Part shown: piece by piece, positions 13,510 to 27,540 of the stretch
How positions within the stretch are numbered: position 1 is the stretch's first letter
Layout: each line of letters opens with the position of its first letter
From: Octopus sinensis
Lineage: Eukaryota
Assembly: GCF_006345805.1 (NCBI RefSeq)
Contig: NC_043017.1
Span: 33,356,001-33,420,000 of the forward strand
Length of the DNA stretch: 64,000 nucleotides
Direction of reading: 5' to 3'
The notes under the pieces: generated by a model
Told to the model about the DNA's origin: nothing
Seen by the model: only the letters and a program-made list of their open reading frames with translations
The model's database searches: none
Translations under genes and position numbers: made by a program

Positions 13510-13895
13510 TTTATCTTTTACTTGTTTCAGTCATTAGATTGTGGCCATGCTGGGGCACCCCTTTGAAGAATTTTGGTCAAATGAACCGACCTCAGTATTT
13601 ATGTTTTTTTTAACTCTGATAATTGTTGTATCGGTCTCGTTTGCCAAACTGTTAAATTATGGGAATATAAACACACTAACACCGGTTATCAAGCAGATAC
13701 ATATGCATGCTCATACATACATACACACTCATAAACATATACATACATAAACGTTTCCGTCTGCCAAATTCACTCATAAGGCTTTGGCCAGCCCTGGGCT
13801 ATTGTCGAAGACACTTACCCAACGTGCCACAAAGTCAGAATGAACCCAATGCAATGTGGTTGGAAAGCAAACGTCTTAAACTCAGCCATAACAGC
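13510..13895 (-). mobile_element. SINE family A, older copy
   Basis: Degenerate reverse copy. Confidence 0.65.
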
Positions 13896-14194
13896 AACTC
13901 TCTCAATATCGACAAATATTCTGAAATACATTCATGATAAATCTATTTACTTACAAATCACCTCACTACCTTGCCTTCCAATTTCTTTTACATTAAAACC
14001 AGGCATTTCTCTGCTTCTGAAATAATTAATGATACTCCATTTTTGTCCATACTTTATCATTTTATCTGTTTATTACTCATTACAGCTAATAACAAACCCA
14101 AACATTTTACACAAGCTCTTACAAATCTGTGATTGTTTTCTCAACTCTTGCATTTTCCAGTTGTATGTCTTTTAAATTCAATTCTTGCTCAATA

Positions 14195-14217
14195 TCTCTC
14201 TATATATAAACGGCAAA

Positions 14218-14251
<34 letters not shown>

Positions 14252-14582
14252 TCGTGTCCTTTATACAAATCCACAATTTTTCAGTTAGAGGGCTCACACT
14301 TTCCATGGTTATTCAAAACCGTCCAAGGGTGGTCGTGCACATCTTTACATTTCCCCAGTCTCTCCACAAAGCCATTAAAAAATCAATAGAAGTGACTTTT
14401 TTGTGAATTTTCTATCCAAAACCTAATCAAAATGCCCGAAACTTGATACGCCAATTGAATGCCAGCTAGCTGTATGTGATTGGTCGGGGATTTGGACAGT
14501 ACTCGCGCGTATGTGCGCACGCACGCAGCTGTATATGCATGCATTAGCACTATGACTCGGCGTTGCCGGGTCATACTGCTAG
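14195..14582 (+). mobile_element. Non-autonomous Helitron (388 bp)
   Basis: A|TC 5' end, (TG)n near the 5' end, subterminal hairpin TGACTCGGC-GTT-GCCGGGTCA (14553-14573), CTAG|T 3' end, no TSD. Confidence 0.82.
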
Positions 14583-17414
14583 TAATTAGTATAAAATATC
14601 AAACTATTCACCCCAAGCTACAACAGGCTAAAATATATACTCGTTGTACTGTCAGCAGCCTCTGTTGATAAACTAATATCAACTCCACGTCTTTAAAAGA
14701 ACATACAGTATAAAAAGGAAAGGAAGAAAATTAACCATGGTTGTCATGACAACAATGGCATCAACAGTGATGACAACTACAACAACATTAGTGATGACAA
14801 CACTGACAACAGCAATTTAGTTGACACAAAGCTTATCCACGTAGAATTTAGACAGGTTTTTCTGAAATATCAATCTTCGGCAAAGCAACAGTTATCTTTG
14901 TCAGATAACGTGATTCACAAGAAAATAAATATAAACATTGATAACTGAACTCAATTGCATGATAAATGGTACTTATTCTTCAGGTGACAATATCTATTCC
15001 AGACCTCCTCTTTTAAATGAAAATTTCCACTTATCACATCTAGTGTTTCGCCAGATAATAATCTAAAGAAAATATTTAAAACTTGGCATTAAGAAGAAGA
15101 AAGAGAAAATAAAAAATATTTTAAAAAATGAAAAATAACGCAAAAAAGCAAAAAGAGAAAATGATTGAACGAATGTTTTTTTCTTCTTCTTTATCACAGT
15201 GTTTAATTTTATATTTTTATAATCAGATATTATCCTGTTATATTTATTAAATTTATTTATTTATTCAAGTTGTATTTTTTCAACTGTTTTTGTTTTCTTC
15301 ATGCACAATACTCACGTCTGTATAGCTGAATTTAAATATATCACCCACCAGCTAATGTTAAGTTTGCTTTGTTATTTTTTTTTATTCCTTTTACTATTTT
15401 CTTTGTATTTTTTTCATATAAATTTTTTATTTTGTCGTCTCAATAGATACGTTTGTTCTTAACTTATTGATATGTAAATGCATACAACGATTAGAGACAA
15501 TTCACTGCTTCTTAACATTTTGTCAAAACATTATATGTTGGTTTGCTTGCTTTATAAATATTCAATAGAAAAACAATACGAAATAAACTCGACATTAACA
15601 ACAACCCATGCTGTAGTAGTTGAGCATTGATAGCTATATATTTATAATATTCATTATCATCATCATCATCATCATCATCGTCGTCATCGTCGTCATCATC
15701 GAGATTGCAGTTTATTTATGGTCGGAACTGAACAATATTGATTTTCAAGGATTTTATCTTATATTCAAATTGCATTATATTGTCATTATAGCTGGAGGAA
15801 GCTTTTGTTTTGATTGTAAATGTTTTTATTTTGTGTTTGTTGTATATGTTTTTAATATATTTTCCCTTTGTATTTTCTTTTTCATCCGTTATAAAATAAT
15901 TGAATTTTGAAACATTCTCTCTTTCGTTTCCACTAACTTCCTTTTTTTCCTTTCTCCTTTTCTTTGTTTTTTTTTTTACTTTCACAAAAGCCAATTATTT
16001 TTTTATAAAAAGAAGTTGGCAAACAGTTCCTCAATTTTCATCAATATTGACTCAAGCTTAATGGAAATAATGCATTGTTACATATATATGTTTGTGACGT
16101 ATGATGTATATATGTTCACTCACACACATGTATACACAAATCACATATATACATCTGTATGTACACACAAACACAAACTCTCACACACACATAGATTGTC
16201 CATGTCACTTATCTCGTGCATTGGATCTTGATTTATTATAAGAACACTAATTTGAAAGAAATTAATAAAGGTTTTGTTTGAAAAAAATCATTAATCTTAA
16301 GAATTTAAGAATTTAAAAACAAATATTAAAAAATAAATAGACAAAATTAGATACAAAATGTCAGCTTTCAATAAACCTGTTCAAACGATATTCTTGGCTT
16401 GAAGCAGAAACAATTAAAAATGTGCGTAAGAGTTTTTCTTTCTGTTTTGTAAAATTTTATCTTTATTCTTTCTACTTTGCAGGTTGTTTAACAAATTATA
16501 TATGAAAATTACAAAATTATTAGCAATAAAAATATATAAAAATTAAAAATACGGCAGATTTTTTTTTAGATCAGTATCAGGAGGAACAACAAAAAAATTG
16601 ATTTAGTGCAATATACAGTAGCAATTATACAGAACTGCCTTATCAGGTTTTGGAAGCAAAATAAGTGTAAACCCAAATGAAGGGATATTCTGACAAAATT
16701 GCTTTCTCTCTAAACTAAAACAGAATTTCATAAAAAAAGAATCAATTTGATATATGGGTATAAAAATATCAATAAAATTATGCTTCATACTTTGGAAATA
16801 TATAGAGTTTTTAATGTAAACTAAATTTGAGTAGGAATGAAATTTTTTAACTGGAAGTTTATAAAATTGCAGATGTCTAAATTTTCATAAAAATTCAAAA
16901 TATTATCAGGTTTTTAATTCTTCACTTAAAAGTAAAATAGATGCAAACTTGGATAATGGAATGCTTCCTTAATATTGATTTCTTTGAAAAAGGAAGGAAA
17001 TTTTGGAAAAAGCAAATTGGAAAATGTCGTGAATAATACATTTGAATTAAAATGATTAAAAGAAAATTTCATGTCGTGATGTTTCTTTTTTGTTTTTTCC
17101 TGTCTCAAAAGCTTTCCATTTTTGAAAAAATATGGTTGGTAAATAAATGTTATACTTTTTAAGTGCATAGTTCAATATTTGGAAGTTGAAATTCATAAAA
17201 TTATAAATGCTTAAAGTTATATAAAATTTGAATATTTTTCTTTTCAATTTTGTATCCAATCTCCTGTGCTAGCTTTTGCAATGTAAACAATTTTGAATAT
17301 TTATACAGTGAACGGATAATTAATTTACACCCTATCTAATGTTAATCCATAAAATATAAATATCCACAAAACAACAGCAAGTGATCAATGATTATCATAT
17401 CTGGTATATGACTG

Positions 17415-17632
17415 GGAGAAGCGTTAGCACGCCGGGTGAAATGCTTTGCGGTATTTCGTCTGCCGTTACGTTCTGAGTTCAAATTCCGCCGAGGTCGACT
17501 TTGCCTTTCATCTTTTCGGGGTCGATAAATTAAGCACCAGTTACGCACTGGGGTCTATGTAATCGACTTAATACCTATGTTTGTCCTTGTTTGTCCCCTC
17601 TATGTTTAGCCCCTTGTGTGTAATAATGAAAT
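17415..17632 (+). mobile_element. SINE family B
   Basis: 12-bp TSD GGTATATGACTG. Confidence 0.87.
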
Positions 17633-18799
17633 AGGTATATGACTGTAAACTGCATCCATTAGGAGATACTAGATTCTGAGAGGAATGGGGTTATTGCTCA
17701 AATCACTCTATTTCCAGGTCTGTTTTGCCCCAGAAAGTAACACCTGTAAGGGTTGCAGAGTAAAATGCATTAGTAAATAACTTTCACCCACCATAGGGCC
17801 CTGGAGTTTGTTGCAACTTGCAGCTAGCTAGGGTTAAATAGCAGATGGTAGTTTTGCAGAGGAAAGACGCTGTTGCTTTGCAGGATGGATTTACAGACAT
17901 TGATAGCTAAAGAACTGGTTCTATCAGAGAAGGTTGTATCAATATATTAACATGAGTTCACGACACAATAACTCTAGGGTTAAAAATCCTAACCTTTTGA
18001 GCTAACAATGCTTCCCAAATAGAATTATAGGAATGGAACAGTCTTATTCATTACTGTCGATCCAACTTCAATGCAAACAAAAATAGTGCAGTCACCTTCA
18101 TTCAGCATAAAATCCCCATTATAATCGACTCGTGCAACAACTCTACTGCTAAAAGAAAAAAACCTGTATACGAGGAGACTGTACACCATTTACATATATT
18201 GTATAGGAAAACATACATGATGAACCATTTATGCAGGAGATATTCACCAGGAATATTGAAATAAACCCCAGTTCAACTAAAGTTACATTTGATGAAGCAT
18301 AAAAGAGGCAATAGGAAGAAACAGTAATTGCATTGAAGAATTGACCTCCATAATAAGAAGCATGCTGCTGCCTGGGCCACTCTGAAGGAACTAGAGAGCT
18401 TCTTCGCATTGTAGAGGAACCACTGATAAGCATCGTGTGGCATAGTTTTGGCATTTCAAATTGTTACTTGGTAACACAGAGCAATAGAAAACTAAACTAA
18501 ATTTAAAATTAGTAGATCACCTGCCGATGTAGACAGGACCATTTAGAATTTTAAAAACTGGTTCAGAATATCTAAAAATGGCAAAGAAATATGAAAACCT
18601 CCTGTTTTCATATTTTCAGATAACATCCTTGCCACCAACTGAAAGAATTGACTCTTTCACAAACATCTGTTGGCGTTCTGTAACAAAACCCATAAAGTAA
18701 ACAGGCCAACACACTTCTCAAAATCTAGAAGTATGCCTCTTCCAAAGAAAGATGATTTTAATCAGTCTCAGAACCACAGGTAATTTTCATTCTCACCCT

Positions 18800-20000
18800 G
18801 GCTTCAAAATCTACAACTCTGTATTCCTAAAGAGAAGTCCCCTTTACATTAATGTTAACCAAAGAACGGAGCAAAAACACCCTTCACTAATACAGATCAA
18901 TGCTACCATATGCGTTTAGAAGAATGAAACCCAAAAGACCTCAGAATCTCCAGGTTAAAGGCATAAATCGAATTTGGGGATTTCTCCAAGGCAGCAGAAG
19001 GTCTCTGTTGTGTACCTGACTGAGCTATGATATAACAGATGAGATGGTTAAATCATCACCATCATGTAAGAACAAACCTCAAGCTTTGTGCAAAGCACAG
19101 ACATTCCTGCTACAGTGTTACCAATAAAGGCTGAAATCCTTCAGGAGACATACTAGCTCATTTTTATGTGACTGTAGTGGACTTCAACCATGGGCAAAAT
19201 CTTCACTTCATCCAAGTAATGATAAACGTCCCCATCAAACGGAAGCTATCATGCTATCAGCAGAGCCTCCCTCCCCCCTCTCTCTCTCTCTCTCCTTGAT
19301 CTCGCCTATTCTGATGATCTTTCTCTTATAGCTGATCAATTGTATGAGCCACAAGGCTTGCTAACATCCCTTGAAACTGTTGCAGCTGAAGCCGATCTGT
19401 TTCTCTACAGAGAGAGAACTGAATACACGACCATCTGTGAAGCTGAAAGCTACCTGCCAATTTGGTTCATTGATGACACAGAGCTCTTGGAGGTTTCTGA
19501 CTTCTAATACATTGGCACTTTACTTTCTGGCGGTAAGAAAGACGTAAGAAAGACGTTCTTAAATGCAGCTGATTAACCTGGAGTTAACAAATCTCAAAAT
19601 ATTTGGCAATCAAGTATTTCAAAATCAATAGAGGCTGTCTTCTTCAATGCATTTGTTGAGGGCATTTTTCTTTATGGGGAAGAAACCTGGACTATAAGGG
19701 ACGAATTTGAAGATTGCCTTAATGGTGTATGTACCATTACGACAATCTTCAAATTGAGATAGGTTGAGCACAAGACCAAAGAGATTGATGGACACATTTC
19801 TCCCATTACTATTGTGATGGATCGATGCAAAATAGGCTTTCCTGGGATTGATATCCTGTTGAACAACATGTCATATCAGATATATTTTGGAAACTTTCAC
19901 AACTTAACAGAGAACGAAGACAGACCACACAACTACATTGGTGTGATTGGCAGAGGCATACAGCATGAAATTAAGAAAAGCTACTTGGCGACTTGACATT
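18800..20000 (+). mobile_element. Decayed RTE/RTEX-like LINE RT region
   Basis: Fragmented motifs in order: DFSKA, ILQ(G)DT, LAYSDDLSL, DF*YIG, LYGEETWT. Confidence 0.62.
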
Positions 20001-20519
20001 TATGGCGCAGTATCGTTGAGATGCATCCTGTTGTGCTGCTTCAAGACGAAGAAGAATGCTTATAATTCTGCTGCTATATCAGGCGTCTAACATTCATAGT
20101 CCTCGCAAAAAGCATATATCTCTTCTTCTTGGTACATGGCCACGGGTTTTCTCTGAGTAAACAGAAATATGACCGGCACTTTTTCAGCCATGGCAGTTTA
20201 AACTTAAAGAATGAAAGAACTCCCCATGGTATTTCTAAATGATGTATTCAGGACTATATTATCTAATATGTTATTCTCTTTGATTGAGGGCAAGGTTTGA
20301 TTTGAGGGGAATTTTGTTAGTATCTTAGACTTATGACACATTATGTGGAGTTACACAATCTACCATCCTAAATGAAGATATATTGTACATTGTAATTCCT
20401 GACATACAAAATAAGGACGGGTGGTCATAGATGTTTGATCACAAGTATTAATTGTTTAGAGATAATCTGGGTTAAAAAATATAAACAACTAGCTTTTCAA
20501 AAAATATTCGAGAATTGAT

Positions 20520-20695
20520 GAAGGCGTGGCTGTGGGGTAAGAAATTTGCTTCCCAGTCACATGGTTCTGGGTTCAATCCCAATGCGTGGCACGTTTGGCA
20601 AGTGTCTTCTACTATAGCTTTGGGCCCACCAAAGCTTTGTGAGTAGAATTGGTAGACGGAAACTGAAAAGCAGCCCGTCATGTGTATATCTATAT
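20520..20695 (+). mobile_element. SINE family A 5' half
   Basis: Head to GAAACTGAAAAGCAGCCCGTC, then microsatellite. Confidence 0.75.
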
Positions 20696-20696
20696 T

Positions 20697-20763
<67 letters not shown>

Positions 20764-20921
20764 GGAGTAAACACATAAATGTGATACAAGGTGGAAAAAA
20801 GAGTACTCAAATACCAGGGGTAGAGTAATATACCTTATTTAAAAGCAGCAGAAAATTCAACAAAAACCTGTTACTCTGAGTTTCACGTTCCCGTACGTCG
20901 GACAGTTTTAGCTAGAAAAAA

Positions 20922-20959
20922 CTGTCCGATGAACGGGAACGTGAAACTCAGAGTAACAG
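20922..20959 (+). ncRNA. Minimal hammerhead-like motif (U4C variant) within a long inverted repeat
   Basis: CTGT-CCGATGA-ACG(GGAA)CGT-GAA-ACTCAGAGT-A-ACAG. Confidence 0.5.
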
Positions 20960-20998
20960 GTTTTGTTGAATTTTCTCGTGGTTTTAAATAAGGTATAT

Positions 20999-21062
<64 letters not shown>

Positions 21063-22424
21063 TATATATATATATAATATATATTAAGTATGTGACTTCA
21101 CTTATTAAACACAGTTCAAGAAATTCATTCATATTTATGCAAATGGAGGAGATTAGATGTTAAGATGGATTATAGTTTTTATTATTCATGTTACTATGCA
21201 ATTTGTTACGTACAGAAAGACAGAGATATTCATAACTGAAAATCTGAGTTGTCAGAAAGTACCCCTCAGTAGCTTGGATATATGTATATATGTAGGTAGG
21301 TATCCATGCACGTTATTACCTATACAATGCACTTTAACGTCTTTATATTTCCAATTGTGAGAGTGCACTTCTTGTATATACATATATTTATGTATGTTGA
21401 GTAAGCAGATGTATATGCATGTATATGTGGATATATATATATATATATCTATATATATATGTGTGTGTGTGTATGTAACGAAATGTCCAGTTATACTATC
21501 CACTAATCATATAAATAAATTTTAATGATCTTTCATAAAATTCATAATATTCATAATGTATATATGTATGTATGTACATTTATATGGGCATATATGCCTT
21601 TTGGCCGATATATAAAGATTAATTTACGAGCATAAATGTACATATGTGAGAGTATTATATGTATAAAAGTTATATAGCAGGGTATTAGTATGTATGGATG
21701 TATTCGTACATACGTCAAGGTCTGTATAGGTATCTGTATGTATAAGTATCGTTGTTTGTATATGTTTGTAAATATGTGTGTACAACTAAGTATTTATCTG
21801 TGTGAGCTTTTGAATGTAGAAAAAAGGGTGCATATGTTTATATAGCTGTATCGGTATGTATACGCATAAACTTATTTATCATTGTATGTAAGACATAAAA
21901 AAATTTGAATGTACATATTTATGTATATCTGATGTCAACCTATTTACTTTTACTTTTTAAAAATATATGTACGACTCCATTTTTTCCATTAATTATAATC
22001 TCCCCTACACCACTCCAAACTCGCATACCTCTCATTAGTTTTCTATGATAAATTTCTCTACAATTATATTAATAATATAAACAATATTTTTCGATATTAA
22101 CTAAAAAAAATGTTTTTATACCACTCTGTAGATGATTATATACGTTTAGCAGCTGATGACGTAAGTAAATTCCCTCTCATCTTCAATTCTACTTTTTAAC
22201 AGTTTAATATCGACTCCGAAACCTTCGTTACAACTTTTCTATACTATGACCAGATAATAGGTTCCGAAATATCACACTTATTTCTTTCTATGAATATTGG
22301 ACCTTTTATTTACAATAAATACTTTAATTATAAGTTTTATAAACCTGAAATTACTAGGGTCAGTTTGCTCGACTAAAGGCGATGCTGTAGCATGGCTGCA
22401 TTCAAATGACAGAAACAAATAAAA

Positions 22425-22464
<40 letters not shown>

Positions 22465-22602
22465 ACCTCGAATTCACAAGAGTAAACAAGAGAGACAGAG
22501 AAAGGCAGAAACAAGGAAAATGCCACTTATATTTGAACACTATACAAATAGTCTTTTAGAAAAACTTTTCTTTTAATTTTCCTAAATTCAATTATTTAAT
22601 AG

Positions 22603-22645
22603 TTACAGTTGAAAAGGTCTCAAATGACCGAAACCGTTACTGAAA
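22603..22645 (+). ncRNA. Minimal hammerhead-like motif with U3-A8 covariation
   Basis: CAG-TTGAAAA-GGTC(TCAAAT)GACC-GAA-ACCGTT-A-CTG; stem III has one mismatch. Confidence 0.42.
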
Positions 22646-22911
22646 TGTTCTTTATAAAATTATTTTAGCATTTTCTATCGTGACTTGTTTTTTCATATAT
22701 ATATATATGTGTGTGTGTGTGTGCGCGTGTGTGTGTGTGTATGCGTATACAACTTATAAATAAAGGCTAAAGAAAATTATTTCAATGCCAATATGCTGTT
22801 AACAGACTTTTAAATCGTCAATTTCCACATATTATTTACTCGCTACAGGGAAAAACACGAAGAACTGAAATAGGGAAAATACGACCGATAGAATTTTTTG
22901 AAATATATATA

Positions 22912-24589
22912 CTAGCTGTTGGACCCGACGTTGCTCGTGTTTTCTGAGTTGAATTTAAGCCCACCTCTGACCTTGTATTGAAATCTTCTCTGTTCCCGTG
23001 CCATCTATTACCCATTATGATGTTATATCTGGTTCGGCAGAGATTTTACTCGGTTAATGTGTTCGACATGCTCCTAAATACTGGACCGTCTGAAATCGCT
23101 GTCAAACTTTTAGGTGTACCTCGACACATTGAGAGTGGTGTTTGTTTATTTCTCTCTCCCGTTAATGCTATCCTCTGTCCAAAATTGATCAGCGTATTCA
23201 ATCGCAGCAAAATCCGAAGGAAAGTGTTAAAGGTTATGTCATAAAATAGAATCCATTTGACCATTTACATGAAAATATTCCATTTAAATCTCAATACATT
23301 ATATGAATAATCAATGTTTCATATGTCGAAATGCTTAATTTTATGCATGAGTCATTATTTCATATAAAGAAGTGTTTACTTTTACTCATGAGTAAAATTA
23401 AACACTTCATTGTCAGTGAATTTTGATGATTTCTGCTTTTCACCAGTTTAATTTTAATTCTACTACATGACTCCGACCATAAAATTTACTTAAATGTCAA
23501 ATTCCATCAAAATCGGATGAATTGTGTAAAGGTTACAGCATAAAATATTAAACCAATGGGTAATTGCGTACAAATAGCCTCGTGATTTCGTAAAATCCCC
23601 TGCTCACGTGCAGTTGTCGATTTTTTCGACTCGTCATGCTGGCATCAAATGTAATCACATGTAAAACTTCTACAAAATCATTAAGAATATCTCTAAGGAA
23701 AATGCTTATATGCATTTGTGAGCTTTTCAAGCCCTTTTGAATTAAATAAACACCTTTAATATTTCCCCAACCACAAAAGTTACCTACATCTCAAATTTCA
23801 TTAAAATCGGATAAAAAATATAAAAGTTACAGCCAAAAATAAAATCCCTATAGATATTTGCACGCAAAAAGCCTATTGCTTTTATACAACCACTGCTCAG
23901 ATGCAATTATCGATTTTTTATCAACACCATATACTGACATCAATTCACTGCTTGACCCCTGATAAATCTCATTCCATTTTTATTGAACAGGTTATAAATT
24001 CGAGTCATCTGTAAAACACGAATTCCGTTTCCATTTTTAGACTAAAAAAAATTTTAAAAAGGTTTAATATATTCACTTTCATTGACAGTGACCCTCACTC
24101 ACTCATCGATTTTCGTCAAACACGGACAAAAATTCAAAAGCTACCGGAAAAATAACATCGTTATGGGCATTTCCATTCAAACGCCCGATTGAGCTCACAA
24201 AACTCGACGCCAACTGAGTATAATCGAAAAATCCCGGTCATATTTGAACTTCAGGTCATGTGATCTACCTATGTGCCAAAAATCATTAAGATCAGTTGGA
24301 CGGTGTGGGAAGAGTTAGAGTAATCCCAAACACACACACAGACATATACCTATTTCTTTACTGCTCACAGGGGGCTAAACACAGAGAGGACAAACAATCC
24401 AGTGCGTAACTGCTACTTATTTAATCGACCCCGAAAGGATGAAAGGCAAAGTCGACCTCGGCGGAATTTGAAGTCAGAACGTAGCGGCAGACGAAATACA
24501 GCTACGCATTTCGCCCGGCATGCTAATGATTCTGCCAGCTCGCCACCTTCACACAAAGACATATATCATTACACATTTATGTGTATAGA
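22912..24589 (-). mobile_element. Non-autonomous Helitron with a SINE nested near its 5' end
   Basis: 3' CTAG|T at 22912-22915 with an imperfect hairpin at 22924-22939, and a putative A|TC 5' end at 24589. Internal segment 23955-24043 recurs inverted at 30828-30915. Confidence 0.62.
24348..24550 (-). mobile_element. SINE family B inserted in the Helitron
   Basis: TSD ACACA(C/A)AGACATAT; internally deleted. Confidence 0.82.
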
Positions 24590-25700
24590 TATTTGCTTAA
24601 TGAGAGAAGGAAGATAGAAGATACGAGAGTTTTTATTAATCACTATGTGATTGCGCACGCGTGTGCGTGCGTGTGTGTGTGTGTGCGCGCATGCGTGGGT
24701 GCATGTCTTTATGTCGGTGTTTGTCCGCATCACCAACATTTGACAACCGGTTCGGCCAAACAGATCGGTAGAATCAGTACAAGGCTTTAAGAATGAAAAA
24801 TAAAATGTACTGGGATCGATATGTTTAACTAAAAATCTTCAAGGCGGTGCTGCAGCATGGCCGCACGCTACCGAAACAAGTAAAACATAAAAGAAAAGGT
24901 AATTAAAATGAATAAAATCAATTAAATTGTATTTTATTATTTCTTTTTTTTTTTCACTTTGGAAATGAGAGTATTGCAAATTCCTTGTTTCAAAAGAAGA
25001 AACCTGACAGCAGAGGAGAAGCATTGATTTCCAATCTAAACATTTAATTTATTGTCCGTTGCTTTTGCTTTTATTGTTGTTCCGCCCACAACTAGCTCTC
25101 GTGAATTAGACATATGTTCAAAGTCATTCCAGCCATGACAATCTATTCTTTTGTATATCTAGGACTACATTATTCAAAGACAACAAAACTTTATATTCTG
25201 CTTATAAAAGCGTGATTTGAAGGAGATTTGGCTATTATTTCTAGGAGAATCCATCATTGCCTGATTGTATTAGATGTGAACAATCAAGATATGATTTCAA
25301 ACAAGATCTGATTATGGTTACTACATCATAAGACGATTACTTTTAAAGTACTAATACAGATCAATATAGCTTATTTTAAGAGGACAGATTATAGTGATTG
25401 CCATTGTTCAAGTCCAGATCAGCTCTGATTGAACAGATATATAATCAAAGGGATTCTAATCATGATCCTGCCTATCTTGTTTTCAGCAATATTGTTCTAA
25501 GACTACGCTAGTTAATGTAAGCATCCTTTGTTATGATTAGTTAGTTAGATCAGTATTTCTAGGGTGTCAAGTAGCTGCATGTTGGCTCTTAGCCACAAGT
25601 CAATTATTAGAGAACAGACATATGACCAAACATGTTCAAATCAAAACGCTTTCGTTGTTTTCTTTTTCTGACATAATTTATCTTGAACTCTAAATTATGC

Positions 25701-26268
25701 TGTGTCTAGGGATAGACATTTTCTTTTTGTGCCTTATAATGTAACACACACACCGGTAAAAGTTCCACTTATTTCTCATTTTTATTTTCCAAAAGGTTGC
25801 AAGACGCAACGGAAATTTTAGGACAATAAAAATAAGAAATAAGTGGAAATTCTACTGTTGAGTGTGTTACATTATAAGGCACAAAAAGAAAATGACTCTC
25901 CCCAGACACAATAGAATATGCTTCAACACACGAATTCATATAAAGAATCTTGCAAACCAAATCCAAAAACGAAATACTACTTTATTCTGTTGTGTCTGGG
26001 GAGAGTCATCTTCTTTTTGTGCCTTCTAATGTAACACACCCACCGGTAAAATTTCCACTTATTTCTTATTTTTATTTTCTAAAAGGTTGCAAGACGCAAC
26101 GGAAATTTTAGGACAATAAAAATAAGAAACAAGTGGAAATTTTACCGGTGAGTGTGTTACATAATAAGGCCCGAAAAGGAAATGACTCTCCCCAGACATA
26201 ACAGAAAATGCTTCAAATACACGAACTCAGATAAAGAATCTTGCCAACCAAATCCAAAAACGAAATAT
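25701..26268. repeat. Tandem dimer of a ~290-bp unit, each with a ~210-bp palindrome
   Basis: Palindromes at 25701-25910 and 25985-26206, each followed by the same ~60-bp tail. Confidence 0.85.
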
Positions 26269-26885
26269 AGGTTATATAATAATACAAAAATAATTGAGAT
26301 TTAGTCGATTGTAAGTTATTTTAATCCCGATTTATCAGATTAAAAAGTTGAGGACTCGATATAAAGAATTACAACTCTACATCAGTTTGCGCTGGTGAAT
26401 AAACACAGAGACACACACATATGCAATGCATAAATATCTAGGATGGGCTTCTTCCCAATGGTCAAATTTCATTTATTTTGATCAAACCCACTTGTTTATG
26501 TTGACACATAGTGGGATCAAATTTCAAACTGCATGACTACGATGTAAACTTATTAACAATGCAATCAGTGTGCACTGAAAACTGTTTACAAACACCAGGT
26601 ATATAGTGAGTTGTGGGATAATGTAGTTAAGCAGCAGTCGCTCTACTGAAGACATGGGGCATTGAGTAACTAAATTACACTAAAATATATCGTAAAAACA
26701 GTTAATAAGCAATCATTTCTCATTTATCTTTTACTTGCCTCAGCCATTGCGATGCATGTACTTACTTTTTAAAGTTTGCTACTTATTCTATCGGTGTCTT
26801 TTGCCAAACCGCTACATTGTGGTGACGTAAATAAACCAACACTACTTTTAAGCAGTAGGTGAGGGCAAACACAAACACACACACA

Positions 26886-26927
<42 letters not shown>

Positions 26928-27004
26928 GGATAGATAGATAGATAGACAGATAGATAGATGGATAGATAGATAGATACATAGATAGATAGATAGATAGATA
27001 GATG

Positions 27005-27072
<68 letters not shown>

Positions 27073-27116
27073 GATAGACTGATGGCTAGATACATAGATA
27101 GACAGATAGATAGATG

Positions 27117-27149
<33 letters not shown>

Positions 27150-27150
27150 G

Positions 27151-27222
<72 letters not shown>

Positions 27223-27243
27223 CAAACAGACAGACAGACAGAT
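26886..27243 (+). repeat. (GATA)n-(GACA)n array inside a degenerate SINE, no LINE inserted
   Basis: Read directly; follows the (CA)n segment of a decayed family-A SINE (about 26730-26885). Confidence 0.95.
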
Positions 27244-27540
27244 GATATAATATAATATAAAGAAAGAGAGAAGGCGTAAGATGAAAAAAATTATTTCACC
27301 AACTGACATTCATATAATTACCATTGTTTCGCAGCTTTTTATCTTATTCAAACAATTTGTTTTAGTGTATGATAAATAAATAATCGATTATTTTACTTGC
27401 CTAAATTAATGTTTATAGTATAAGTTATGTAATACATTTATATAATTTATAAATTATATAAAGGTGCAAAGTTTATCCCAATTCATTTTCTATTGAACTC
27501 GGGGACAGCACCGATTTATTATGACGTTTCATATACGCAT

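Noticed and set aside
22153-22232. CTGATGA...GAAA hammerhead candidate
   Set aside because: No stem I or stem II pairing.
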